Of a stretch of 64,000 nucleotides of DNA, positions 11,624-24,104 are shown piece by piece (position 1 is the first letter of the stretch; each line of letters begins with the position of its first letter). Position numbers and translations under genes: made by a program. The stretch is from positions 124,001 to 188,000 of the forward strand of contig NW_026262740.1 in assembly GCF_021869535.1 (NCBI RefSeq), given 5' to 3'. The stretch is from Mytilus californianus (lineage: Eukaryota). Below the pieces are notes generated by a model that worked only from the letters and a program-made list of their open reading frames with translations, was not told where the DNA came from and did no database searches.

Positions 11624-12029
11624 ATTGGTTATTGTTTGCAAAATGTCCAGTGGCAAATATGTCATGCATGTTCAGTACACCAATTCAAAAATAAATACAA
11701 TCGGTAGGTCCTGTATTAGAGGCCGTTTGGGATGTAGGTCGGGGGATTGTTGACTGCCACTGGGAAATGAGTGTATATTAGATACAGACATTTTGCCTTA
11801 CTACAGGCCACCTTCGATCCCTTTATAGATTTTTTGCAAGGGGTCTTAACGTGCAGAGAGCATTGAAGTCTCTAGACATGAGGCATCGGATTAAACGTCA
11901 TCTTCCTGACTGGACGTGGCTGCGAAATTGTACATTCCCCAAAGCCAACATGACGCTACATTGTGGGGTTGTACTGCCGGTAGGAAGAAGACCTTAGTAA
12001 CCATATCTCTATTCCCCAGTCACCCTTGG
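11624..12029 (-). mobile_element. SINE-like element, degraded full-length copy
   Basis: GATTGGTATTGATTG tail through CTATTCCCCAGTCACCCTTGGG 5' end. Confidence 0.8.
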
Positions 12030-13310
12030 GCTTCTTGTTAAGATGAAGGCAGCAGACTTAAATGATAATTTTGGTATAGTGGATAACTTTCTGATTATCT
12101 CCATTTAAAATGAATAATATAAGTATGAATTAAGTAGATGTGTATTTGTCCTCCCCAAATGAAAACAATACAATGACATTTGACAAAAAAAAACGACCGA
12201 TAAGACTCCGACAGGCACAAATACATGTGTTCAGATTAAACAATTTTGCTTTTGTCCTATAGTGCATACCATTATTTTCTTCCAGAAAGCGTATCGTTGA
12301 TTTAAATGGTCACAAATTAAACTGACAATAACAGTGAAAGTCCTGTTTGTCTTCTTCCTTTTTATGTAGTTTATACCTCAAATATATTAAACTTCAAAAT
12401 TTTAGATTGAGTTCGTTTCTTTTGAACATTTTAAAACCGGGAAAAATATTAGTTACATTAAAACAAGTTCAACTTCTAGAAGCGATTGAGATAGAAATGT
12501 ATCTTCATGTATCATTTCAATGAAAACTGTGGATTATTTATTTTCGTGGGTACCAATTTTCGTGGATTGAGGATATTTTATTTCGTAATTTAACCAAAAT
12601 TTGCATATAAGCCAATAGAAAACGCGTATTTTTTAAACACTTATTAAGTTCATGCTTCACCTTATACTTCGAAATCCACAATTAAAGACGCCTTCATTTA
12701 AATGTCTGGTTATATTGCACTTCATCCACGAGATACAAAATAACATTACAGTCGACGACAGTAACTAGTTGATTTAATTAAAAGGACAACATAGAGCACA
12801 ATTTTAAAACAAATTTAATAATCTTTCGACTGGTATGCAGGACGGGGTATTCGGGATGTTGAAAACCTCAAAAACGAAGACATGTTACATGGGATCAACA
12901 ACTATGCTTCGGATAGGCAACCCCAAAAACATTGTAATGTAAGGGTTGTACTGCCGGAAGGTAGAAGACCTTAGTGACCATATCTCTATTCCCCAGTCAC
13001 CTTTGGGGTTCTTGTTAAGACTTAAATGATAAGTTTGGTATAGTGGATTACTATCTGATTATCTTTAAGCAATTGTCAATAAACCTCAGACAGGCAGAAA
13101 GACATGTGTTCAGATTAAACAATTTTGCTTTAAGACCTATAATTAATACATGCTAGTACCATTATTCAGGAAAACTTCTTGTTACTTTGAATGGCCACAA
13201 TCATGCAAATAAAACTGACAATAACGGTGAAAGTCCGGTGATTTCCTTTTCTTCTTTATGTAATTGGTACCTCAAATAAATTTAATCTTGAAAATTTAAG
13301 ATCGAGTCAT

Positions 13311-15562
13311 GATTGATTGTTGCTAAACGTCCATTGACAAATATTTCATACATGTTCAGGACGAGAACAAATTAATAAATACAATAAGTAGGTTCTGTAA
13401 TAGAGGTCGTCCGGGATGAAGGGCGGGGAAAATTGGATTGCCACGGGAAAATAAAGGTATATTGGATAGAGACAGAAATTTAGCCTAGCTACAGGTGTAA
13501 TACCACCAAATCATAGTACGTCACATCCGGTTGCATACGAAAATAGGTCGAAAAAAAATATTCCCTTGAATTTGACAGTTGTAGGTAATTGATCCTAAAT
13601 GTCATTGCAGTAAAACATTTCTGGGTCATAAACATATATCTTGGGTATTTCAAAGCACCATTATTTTTTTATTTGGGGTTTCTATAAAATATTTTGGAAA
13701 CTTGAGGTTACATGGTTACTAAAGCTTGTACACAGGTTAAAAAAGGGGGAAAATTTGATTGGTTAACTTCCAGTGATGGTTATTTTCTTATATGCAATGA
13801 AATGTATTGTGAAATTTTTTCTATAGTACTGGACAGGATAAAACTTTACTCATGCCAAGTATTTCTTTATTTGAAATAAAGATAAATTCTGCACAATTTT
13901 TTGAAAAGTGCAAATTTAACAAAGACTAATAGGGGAAAATCAATGGTGGTATTACACCTAATATGGGAAGCTGTACATGCACCTTTGACCTTGTGAGTAC
14001 TCTCATGTGTTAAAATTTCTTGCTATTTAAGTGAAATATTACAAATAATGAAATATTCTGAGTGGATTGAGTCTCCAAAACACATTTTATGAGAAAATTT
14101 CCTTGAAATAGGACTTTACCATGAATATTAGTTGACAGAACAAACCATACTTAGAGTTTTGGGGAGCTTTTTCTCCTTATTTCTTATATTCTGCTATACT
14201 AAAAAAATTTTCCTAAGAAATACTTTAATAAATATATAGTTTTAAGTAAATGAAATTATTTTTAAAGCAGTAACAACAAATTATTCACCAAAAGAGAAGC
14301 TTTTTATGTCCCTCTCTGGAACGCGGCGTTAATTTAAGTTTTACGTAAGGACTTATTGAAACCTCCTTGGAGACAGTAAACTTTTATACGGATAGTTCAT
14401 TCAGCTTGAATACTTCAATTAATCATTTATTATAACATTTCTATCATAAATGAGTGAAAGTTACCCCAAAATTTTTATTTATTGGCCTAAAAAGTAGAAA
14501 TTTTGAGGAAATGAGAGGTATAAATGGACCAAAAGAGACCTTATAAAGAAGACAAAGAGGTCCATTAGTAGCATTTATCATCCTAAAGTCATCTTTTGTA
14601 TCATATTCAACTGTTTGTAGGCAGATGAGATAAATTTTTGACCATTTATTGGTCCACACTATATTCTATCATGATGCGACTTGGTTTGGATTTTTCGAAG
14701 AAATTTTGCTCGAATCGCTGTAGATGTTGTCTTACATTATACTAGATTTTTTTCAAACTATTGAACTGATTATGACAAAACTTGACAGTAATGCTTGAAA
14801 TAACCAGTATTACAAAGGAAAAAAGTCACATTCAGTTTATTGAACAAAAAAGTCTTCTTTAGGTGTAAAACCACCAAATCATAGTACGTCACATCCGGTT
14901 GCATACGAAAATAGGTCGAAAAAAAATATTCCCTTGAATTTGACAGTTGTAGGTAATTGATCCTAAATGTCATTGCAGTAAAACATTTCTGGGTCATAAA
15001 CATATATCTTGGGTATTTCAAAGCACTATTATTTTTTTATTTGGGGTTTCTATAAAATATTTTGGAAACTTGAGGTTACATGGTTACTAAAGCTTGTACA
15101 CAGGTTAAAAAAGGGGGAAAATTTGATTGGTAAACTTCCAGTGATGGTTATTTTCTTATATGCAATGAAATGTTATGTGAATTTTTTTCTATAGTACTGG
15201 ACAGGATAAAACTTTACTCATGCCAAGTATTTCTTTATTTGAAATAAAGATAAATTCTGCACAATTTTTTTAAAAGTGCAAATTTAACAAAGACTAATAG
15301 GGGAAAATCAATGGTGGTATTACACCTACAGGCCACGGACCGCTCAAAGAGTTGTTGCAAGGGTTCTTAACGTGCAAAGAGCGTGGCACTCTCTTTACAC
15401 GAGGCATCGGATTTAACGTCCCCATTCTGATCGGACGTGGATGAGTACTTGATACATCCCGCACAGCCAAACGGACGTCTCAACTTTGGAGAGGATTTTA
15501 CTGCCGGTCGGAGGATGACCAATGGTGGCCATATTTCAATTTTCCCGGTCACCCTTGGGGGG
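13311..15562 (-). mobile_element. SINE-like element split by a 1833-bp insertion
   Basis: The 3' half (13311-13493) ends TTTAGCCTAGCTACA; the 5' half resumes (TACA)GGCCACGGACCGCTCAAAGAG at 15327-15562. Confidence 0.85.
13494..15326. mobile_element. Composite insertion: two 465-bp TIR modules in direct orientation flanking a 903-bp AT-rich core
   Basis: Modules 13494-13958 and 14862-15326 are nearly identical, each bounded by GGTGTAA(T/A)ACCACCA...TGGTGGTATTACACC. The whole unit is flanked by TACA (13490-13493 and 15327-15330). Confidence 0.8.
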
Positions 15563-16840
15563 AGTCATAATGAATACTGTGGATTGTTTGTTTTTGTGGA
15601 TTGAGGATATTTGATTTCGTGGTTTAACCAAAATTTGCATATAAACAAATAGAAAAAATCTTAATCTAAAAGTCTATGAGTTACCAAATAATATTTAAGG
15701 TGGCGACAACGATTGATTGATCTAAATAAAAAAAAAGACCACAAAGAGCACAATTTTGGAACAACTTAAATAGTCTTCGATCTCAAAAAGGAAGACATGT
15801 TGCATAGGGTCAACAATTTTGCTTCGGATAGACAACCCAAAAAACATTGTAATGTAAAGCTGTAGAAAGCGTGTCAATCCTACATTATATTCAACGTCCT
15901 TATTCTGATCTGACGGGGATTTGTATTTATACATCCAACAGAAGTACGTGAAGCACCATGAGGCAAAATCTAAGCCCTTTAATAGAAAAAGATTTGTACC
16001 GATTTCTCAATCGTGGTTAGTTAGGGGCTCCCTCGAAAGACATCATGTACTAAGATGTGCATAATTATAACGTTCATTTTCCCCCTATCATAAACAAAAA
16101 ATAGGTTTTATTCACAAAGAATATTTTAATGAAACTAATCATCGGCCACCACAATCCGCAGACACGTTTGCTGACTGGTAAGGTCAAAAGATCATTTGAT
16201 TTATTGTTGTTTGCTTTACGTTCAGTGGCAAATATTTCATTTATTTTTTAAGACGAGAACAAATCAAGAATATATTTAAAATGCATGTACAGTAAAGTAA
16301 AGAGACAATTTAAAATGCCCTTGTAGAAAACCGCTCTACTAGCCAACATTGCCGGTGTGTTTCTACTTTATTCATAACGACCCTTTAAATTCGGATGGAT
16401 GTTTTCTTTACAAAAACAACATATGCTAAACAAAGTTTAAGGTAGTAAGGACCACGGGGGTTCTCAACATTGGGATTATGGGTACAGACGTGCAGCGAAG
16501 CTGGTATTTCAAAACCACCCCAATTCAAATATTGAAGTCATGTGAAAATCACGACCCGTCAATTTATTTTATAACATATTTATAACCCTTTCATATATTT
16601 CTTAAGTTATCAGTCCATTTTTTATATGCTTTATCATGAAAGGAAATAAAGATAAGAACTTCAGACACAAGAAATTTGTAAAGTGTAAATAATCTGCAGT
16701 GGGTTGATACCAGTATTACAGAGAGTACTGTGCAATTCCCCAGCTGAGGAGGAGGTGTTTCGGTATCGAGATGATTTATAAAACATTTTTTTCCTTAAAA
16801 TATAAAGATTCCAACTCCCTCTAGCATAGTTGATTAGACC

Positions 16841-17050
16841 CCTTAGAGATTTTTAGCAAGGGGTCTTACCGTGCAAAGAGCATGGCAGTCTCTAAATGAG
16901 GTATCGGATTAAACGTCCTCTTCCTGACTGGATGTGGCTGCGTACTTGTACATCCCGCAAAGCCATCACGCTCAACTTTGGTAAAGGTTGTACTGCCGGT
17001 AGGTAGAAGACCTTAATGACCATATCTCTATTCCCCAGTCACCTTTGGGG
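16841..17050 (-). mobile_element. SINE-like element, 5' half
   Basis: CCCCTTAGAGATTTTTAGCAAGGGGTC through CTATTCCCCAGTCACCTTTGGGG. Confidence 0.75.
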
Positions 17051-17346
17051 TTCTTGTTAAGACTTAAATGATAAGTTTGGTATAGTGGATTACTATCTGA
17101 TTATCTTTAAGCAATTGTCAATAAACAGCTACCTATAGACAAACAAATATTACTTATTATAATACGCGTACGGCTTTCATCAAATTACTTTCAGAAGCCC
17201 AAAATTTGAGTGAATATAGTCTCTAAATTTCAACAATTGAACAAAGTTTTATGACCTCAGACAGGCAAAAAAGACACGTGTTCTGACTAAACAGTTTTGC
17301 TTTAGACCTATAAATCATACTAGTACCATTATTCAGGAAAGCTTAG

Positions 17347-17553
17347 GGTCTGTAGGTGACCTGTTGCAAGGCTAAATTTTTGTCCCTATCTAATATACCC
17401 TCATTTCCTGTGGCAGTCTAAATTTCTCCGACCTTAATCCCGAACGCCTTTATTACAGAACCTACCTATTGTACTTATTGTAAATTTGTTCTCGTCCTGA
17501 ATATGCATGAAATATTTGCCACTGGACGTTAAGCAGCCAACTATCAATCAATC
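17347..17553 (+). mobile_element. SINE-like element, 3' half
   Basis: GTAGGTGACCTGTTGCAAGGCTAAATT through GACGTTAAGCAGCCAACTATCAATCAATC. Confidence 0.8.
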
Positions 17554-17697
17554 AAGGAAAGTTTTTTGTTTGTTTAAATGGTCACAAATAAAACTGACAA
17601 AACAGTGAAAGTCCTGTTATTCCTCATATACTTTATGTAATTTGTACCTCAAATACATTTTATCTTGAACATTAAAGATTGAGTCATAATAAAGGAT

Positions 17698-18119
17698 TGT
17701 TGATTGGTGGTTTCTTAACGTCCAGTGGCAAAAATTTCATACATTTTCTCGAAAACAAATTAACAATAAATATAATAGGTAAGTCATGTAATAGAGGTCG
17801 TCCTAGATGAAGGTCGGGTAAATTTGGACTGCCACTGGAAAATGAGGGTATATTGGATAGGGGCAGAAATTGAGCATTTCAACAGGCCACATACGGACCA
17901 CTCAAAGAGTTGCTGCATGGGTTCTTAATGTGCAATGAGCATATCACTCTCTTTAAACGAATCATCGGATTTAACGTCCCCATTCTGTCCAGACGTGGCT
18001 GCGTACTTGATACATCCCGCAGAGCCAAACGGATTCCCAACTTAGGCGAAGGTTTTACTGCTGGCCGCAGGAAGACCAATGGTGACCATATTTCTATTCC
18101 CCGGACACTCTTTGGGGGA
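17698..18119 (-). mobile_element. SINE-like element, degraded full-length copy
   Basis: GATTGTTGATTGG tail to CTATTCCCCGGACACTCTTTGGGG. Confidence 0.8.
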
Positions 18120-18477
18120 GTCATAACGAATTATTGTGGATATTTGATTTCTAGGTTTAACCAAAATTTGCATATAAACCAATAGAAAACATCTTCATCT
18201 AAAAGTCTTGTTATATTGCATTGCATCTAAGAGTTACCAAATAACATCACAGTCGGGGACAACGACTGATTGATTTAATCAAAAAAAAAAACATAGAACA
18301 CAATTTGGGAACAAATGTATTAGTCTTCGGCTGGTCTGAAGGACGGGGTATTTGGTATTATGACAACCCCAAACACAAAAACTTGTTACATAGGGTCAAC
18401 AATTTTGCTTCGGATAGGCAACCCTCAAAACGTAGTAAATAAACTCATCATATATACCAGGATTGGAAATAGTATTT

Positions 18478-18523
18478 GCGCCAGACGCGCGTTTCGTCTA
18501 CAAAAGACTCATCAGTGACGCTC
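18478..18523 (-). ncRNA. Type I hammerhead ribozyme core within a retrozyme-like fragment (18440-18586)
   Basis: The minus strand reads GA-GCGUCA-CUGAUGA-GUC(UUUUGUA)GAC-GAAA-C(GCGC)G-UC-UGGCGC. All conserved core nucleotides are present, stem I is GCGUCA/UGGCGC, stem II has 3 bp, and stem III is minimal and palindromic (ACGCGCGU). GUC cleavage triplet at 18486-18484. Confidence 0.85.
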
Positions 18524-19004
18524 GAATCAAAAAAGTTAAAAAGGCCAAATAAATTACGAAGTTGAAGAGCATAGGACCAAAAATTCAGCTGTAGAAAGCG
18601 TTTCACTACCCTACATCATATACAGCGTTCCCACTTCCGATCTAACGTGGATGCGTACTTATACATCCCACAGAACTACGTGAATACCCTTAACGACACC
18701 TTGGTTCTTAAACGGAGAGATTTCAACCAATTTGTCTATCGTGGTTAGTTGGGGGTTCCCTCAAAAGACATCGTATGAACTGACGTGGATTCGTATTTAT
18801 ACATCCCACATATATTTATTAGTAACTAGTACGTTTGTTATATGCGTTAACATGAACGGATAGAAAGATAAGCACTTCAGACACAAGTAATTTGTAAAGA
18901 CCTGCACTGAGTTGATATCAGTGTTGCAGAGTGTACTGTGTACTTTTCCAGCTGAAGAGGAGATGATTCCTAAATTACAAAGATTGCAACTTCCTCAGGC
19001 AAAG

Positions 19005-19352
19005 TTGATTGTTGGTTGCTTAATGTCCAGTTGCTAAAATGTCGTGCATGTTTCGCGACAATTTAATAATAAATGCAATAGGTAGGTCCTGTGTGTATAT
19101 TAAGATACGGTAGGGAATGTAAGGCAGGCCACCTTCGGACCCCTAAAAGAGTTTTGGCAAAGGTTTTTTACATGGACCAAGCATGGCAGTCACTCGACAT
19201 GAGACATCAAATTTAAGGTCTCAGTTCTGAGTGAGCATGGCTACGTACTTTTACATCACACATAGCCAACATGACGCTCCACATTGCCAAAAGGTGTACT
19301 GACGGTAGGTAGAAGACTTTAGTGACCATATATCTCTTCCCCAGTCACCCTT
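19005..19352 (-). mobile_element. SINE-like element, degraded with internal deletion
   Basis: GATTGTTGGTTGCTTAATGTCCAG to CTTCCCCAGTCACCCTTAG. Confidence 0.7.
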
Positions 19353-19898
19353 AGTGGTTCTTGTTAAGATAGCAGACTTAAATTACAAGTTTAGTGTAGT
19401 GGATTATTTTTTATTTAACTCTTTTCAAATTAAGTATATGTGGTGTATCTGTCAATAAAACAGCGACCCAATGACAAACAATATTACTTAGAAATAATAC
19501 GGGTACGGCTTTCATAATATAACACTTTCAGAAGCCCCAACTTCTACTGAATGAAGTCTCAGAATTTCACCAAAATAACAAAGACCATCAAATATCAGCA
19601 ACCTATACAAATTCCCGCAATGAAAAAAAAAATACATTGAAAATTGACAATAAACAACGACTAACATGCTAAGGCTCGTGACCTCAGACAGACATAAAGA
19701 CATGTGTTCAGATTAAACAATTTTGCTTTAGACGTATAATACATACTAGTATCATTATTCAGGAAAATTTATTGTTGGTGTTAATGGCCACAAAAAAAAC
19801 CAGTTAAAGCCTGTTTGCCTTCCTGATGTACAACACAAATGTAAATAAATCCTCAACTAAATGTTATCTTAAAAATTTAAGATTGAGTCATTATGAAT

Positions 19899-20250
19899 GA
19901 TTTGTGGTTGCAATAATTTTCTTCATGTTCAGGGCGAGAACAAATTAACAATAAATACATTAGGGAGGTCCTGTGATATAAATTTGGACTGCCACGGGAA
20001 AATGAGGGTATATTGGATAGGGACAAACATTTAGCCTTGCAACAGCCCACCTTTGGACCGCTCAAAGAGTTGTTGCAAGGATTCTTAACGTGCAAAGAGC
20101 TTGGCACTTTTTTTAAACGAGGCATCGGATTTCACGTTTCCATTATGACCTTACGTGGCTGCGTACTTGATACATCCCGCACAGCTAAACTAACGCCCTA
20201 CTTTGGCGAGGGGTTTTCTGCCGGTCTATTCCCCAGTCACCCTTTGGGGG
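19899..20250 (-). mobile_element. SINE-like element, degraded with deletions
   Basis: Core GGACCGCTCAAAGAGTTGTTGCAAGG..CGAGGCATCGGATT and 5' CTATTCCCCAGTCACCCTTTGGGG. Confidence 0.75.
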
Positions 20251-21758
20251 GGAGTAATAATGAATACTGTGGATTATTTACTTTCGTGGGTACCAATTTT
20301 AGTGGACTTGGGATATATGATTTCATGGTTTAACAAAAATTTGCATATAAACCAAAAGAAAACATTTTCATCTAAATTTTGTTATATTGCATTTCATCTC
20401 TGAGTTACCAAATAACATTATAATCGGCGACAACGATAGAGTGGTTTAAATAAAAAGACCACAATTTAGGAACAAATTAAATAGTCTTGGACTTGTATGA
20501 GGGACGGGGTATTGGGAATTTTGACATCTTAAAACATCGAAGACATGTTACATGGGGTTAAACATTCTGCTTAAGGAATAGGGAACCCCATAAAAGTTGT
20601 AATGTAAAGCTGTAGAAAGCGAGTCATTACCCTAATTCATATTCAACGCCCTATTCTGATCTGACGTGGATGCGTATAAATACATCCCACAAAACTACGT
20701 GAAGTCCCTTTTTTACTCATTTCTCTATCCTGGGTAGTAGGGGGGTCCCTTGCAAAACTTTCTCAAAACCAGGAAATTTTGTAACAAAAAGACACCAAGT
20801 ACTTTAGATGTGCATAACTATAATATTATTTTGTCCCCTAATCATAAAAAAAATCAGTTTAATCCATGATGAATATTTTTAATAAAACTAAACATGGGCC
20901 ACCACAATCCGTCGAGACATATTTTATGACTGTTTAGCTAATAAGAGATCAATTGATTAATTGTGGTATGCTTTACGTTCAGTGGCAAATATTTCAATCA
21001 TTTTCAAAAAGAGAACAAATCAAGAATACATTTAGACAACAAGTTCTGTAAAGTGAATCAACATGGCACTGGGGTACACACGTGCAGCGCAGCTGGTGTT
21101 TCCAAAAAAACCCACTTATATATTGTAGTTTTGTGAAAAACACGGCCAATGAATATATTTCAGGACAAATTTATAACCCGTTCATATATTTCTTAGTTAT
21201 CAGTGGATTTTTTATATCTTAACTTTATTTAAAAAGCGGTCAAACATTTATACAGATATTCAATCGAAAGATAAAAAAATATTGATCCATTGACATTTTA
21301 CCTAAGTGAAATGGCAACTCGCTGATATATTTGACACGTAATTGTAAACCTTCATTCAGAAAAAAAATCCCTACATATTTTTTTCTATTTTGCAAATGAT
21401 TTTAAATCGGTAGGTCAAACAAATATCTGCATTGGTTTGTCCAGTACATTACTAGATGTATGCTCTACACATACAAGTTTTTCAATCTGTCATTTATAAT
21501 TTTTCTATTTTCCATGGATTATATGCTGTTGTCGAATCATGCTAAGCTCGATTTGTACAAGTGGAAAAAAACTCAAATAAATCGTTAACATCTGAGAGAA
21601 AATTTGAGGTCGTGAAAAATTCAATATTACATAATTATATAGTTTGCAAAACATAAGAAATATTACAACATTCAATCACTTTTAGCGGTAAACTGAATTA
21701 TAGATTAAGAAATCAATTGTTGTAATAACCAACTCGATACTTCATTATTTATTTTCAG

Positions 21759-22552
21759 AAAATGAACCAAATAAAGAAGAAGCTCAGGATCAAGCTTCCG
21801 TCAAAACCAACATTCCTGTTTGTGTCACTTTGCGTCAACAGTTAAATATAAAAAAGTCATCGAATAAAAATCCGACCATACTGAGCTGTATCAAAATCGG
21901 CAATACATTAGTGTTTACCGACTGTAGTAATAAGCGACTTATTTTTTGTAATTCAGACAGTACTGATATCCATCACATTCCTCTGTCCTATAGACCAGAT
22001 TATATAACAGAGATAAATATTAATACTGTAGCAGTATCCTGTGTAGGTAAGAGTACCATACTGATAATAAATATATCTAAAGGTTCTGTCACCAGTACAA
22101 TCAACACCAGTGGTTACTGCTCCGGAATATCATATAATGATAATAACCTGTACGTTGTTATTGATTGGAGTATAATACATGTGATGGACCTGGCAGGTAA
22201 AGTAATACGTACTATACCTTTACCTTCAGGCCTTATCTTCGACTTTACAGTAGACAGAGACAGGTTTGTCTGTTTAGACGACACATCAATATACTGCTGC
22301 TCGTTAGATGGAAAACTAATTTGGAAGTTTAAACAGGATAAATTTCAAGATTTACATCGTGTGACAAAAGATGATGAGGGGAATGTTTATGCGACTAATT
22401 ATTACACCAACACTGTAGTGGTAATTTCTCATGATGGTATACATTATAGAGAACTTCTTACTAAATCAGATGGATTGAACAAGCCGTGTGGAATTTATTT
22501 TGACAAAAAAAATAAAATTCTGCTTGTTTGTAATGATGATGATGCTTTTTGA
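21759..22552 (+). CDS. NHL-type beta-propeller terminal exon (bivalve TRIM2/3/71-like family), copy B
   Basis: Acceptor TTTTCAG at 21758; phase-1 open frame NEPNKEEAQDQ...GLNKPCGIYFDKKNKILLVCNDDDAF*. Closely similar to copy A. A small deletion near the end shifts the frame, so the last ~10 residues of copy A (KVFLFDVKRKST) are lost. Confidence 0.85.
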
Positions 22553-23974
22553 CGTAAAACAGAATGAAAATAAACATAAATAATTCTGTCAAGACAATGA
22601 GTTCATTCGGACTCAGATCTGTTTGTGTATTTAGTCATTCACAATATCTTTTATTTATTTTTGTTTTCTTTACTATCAATCTAACTTAATTGAAAACAAA
22701 TTACAGAAAAATTATAATTGTTTTTGAAAATGTAACTTGAATTTTCCTCGGCTTTTATATTTCATTAATGTTGTTCGAATATTATTTTTTACGCATTTTT
22801 AAAACATTTGAACATTCATTTGTTCCATGAATATTTCAATATGGAAAATAAAAAAAATAAGAAATTCGAATAAGAAAAACTGTTCTTGTTTGGAATTTAT
22901 TTTAACAAACAAGAAAATATTGTGCATGTTTGTAATATAAATGAAGGAAATTTTGTAATATAAATGACGGGAAGGTTGGTTTTTTTTTACGTAAAAACGA
23001 AACGAACATAAATGAAAATTGATTATTTTATTCGAATTCAGATTTGTTTTTTCATTGAGTCATTCGAAATGGATTGTATTTGTTTGTGTGTTATCTACCA
23101 AATACAAATTCAACTTAATCAATTATTATTTATTTTATGGAATTACTACAATGCTTTCTTAAAAGTTCAATATAAGATATAGACTAGTAAATTATGACCC
23201 AAAATGATCTAAATATGATCACTGCTTGAATTTAATTTGCGACAACAAAACAACTCTTTCACTAAACATTTCATTTCTGCAAATTTGTTGGTTAGTTCAA
23301 GTAAACTATGACATCAAAAGAACTATTTTGTGTCAGAGTAGGGCTACTTTTACGTTTAAAATTAGAGGGAGTGAATTGGTGGTCTGACGCCTATATATAT
23401 GAAATTTCAGAGAAAGTTTGCTTAGGCTAAAGACATGTTGTTCTTGGTTAACTTCTATTTGCCGGTTGTGTTGTGATGGTTAAAACTGATAATATATTTC
23501 AGAGCATCTTTTTGAAACCCATTTGCATATTATTAACTAGCCTCGTTCAGAACTTTTTTTCATGTGTTTTATGCTTTTTATGTATTAATAATTTTTGCAT
23601 TTTAACCTGTGGGAATTTTACTTTTTACAATAAAGATTATTCTTTTAATTTTATTATTTATCTATGTCCTATATCTTAATCTGTCATCGAAATAAAACGA
23701 TTCTATACGAATGTTTAGAAAAATAGAACAACTTTTGAATATTTATGTGTCACTTGTATTCTGCTGTTTATATCCTCCGAAATAACAGCAACTCCGCCCC
23801 ACTTCCAGTTAATTTCTGTAGACATTAATGTACATCTTTTTTTTTCGTCTGTTCCTAAATTTGAATGTATTTTAACAACTGCACGATTATTTTTGGAACC
23901 AACCATCAATATTTCACGTCCGCACAAATAATTAAAAAAAAATACACCAATGATGCATTTCTCCAAGGACATAT

Positions 23975-24082
23975 GACATATGTGAATGTGACATATGTGA
24001 ATGAGACATATGTGAATGTGACTTATGTGAAATTGACATATGTGAATGTGACATATGTGAATGTGACATATGTGAATGAGAC
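23975..24082. repeat. 15-bp minisatellite (GACATATGTGAATGT)x7
   Basis: Read directly from the sequence; abuts the interspersed element at 24105. Confidence 0.9.
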
Positions 24083-24104
24083 AGTAACCAAACGACTCAG
24101 AAAC

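Larger units (their letters stand above)
11620..21200. repeat. Degenerate serial duplication of ~2.2-2.5-kb SINE-containing modules within the predicted intron of gene B
   Basis: SINE 5' end followed by TTCTTGTTAAGA..CTTAAAT at ~12030, 13010, 17055 and 19360. SINE 5' end followed by GGGAGT(C/A)ATAA(T/C)GAAT..TGTGGAT at ~15560, 18115 and 20250. A GACAACGA..GATT..AAAAA block at ~12755, 15705, 18258 and 20428. Confidence 0.75.

Noticed and set aside
13496-15324. LTR retroelement/TRIM interpretation of the 465-bp direct repeats (TGTA...TACA)
   Set aside because: The inverted match extends beyond TG..CA to (A)GGTG..CACC(T) at all four ends, no TSD flanks the TG..CA boundaries, and no PBS or PPT is evident.
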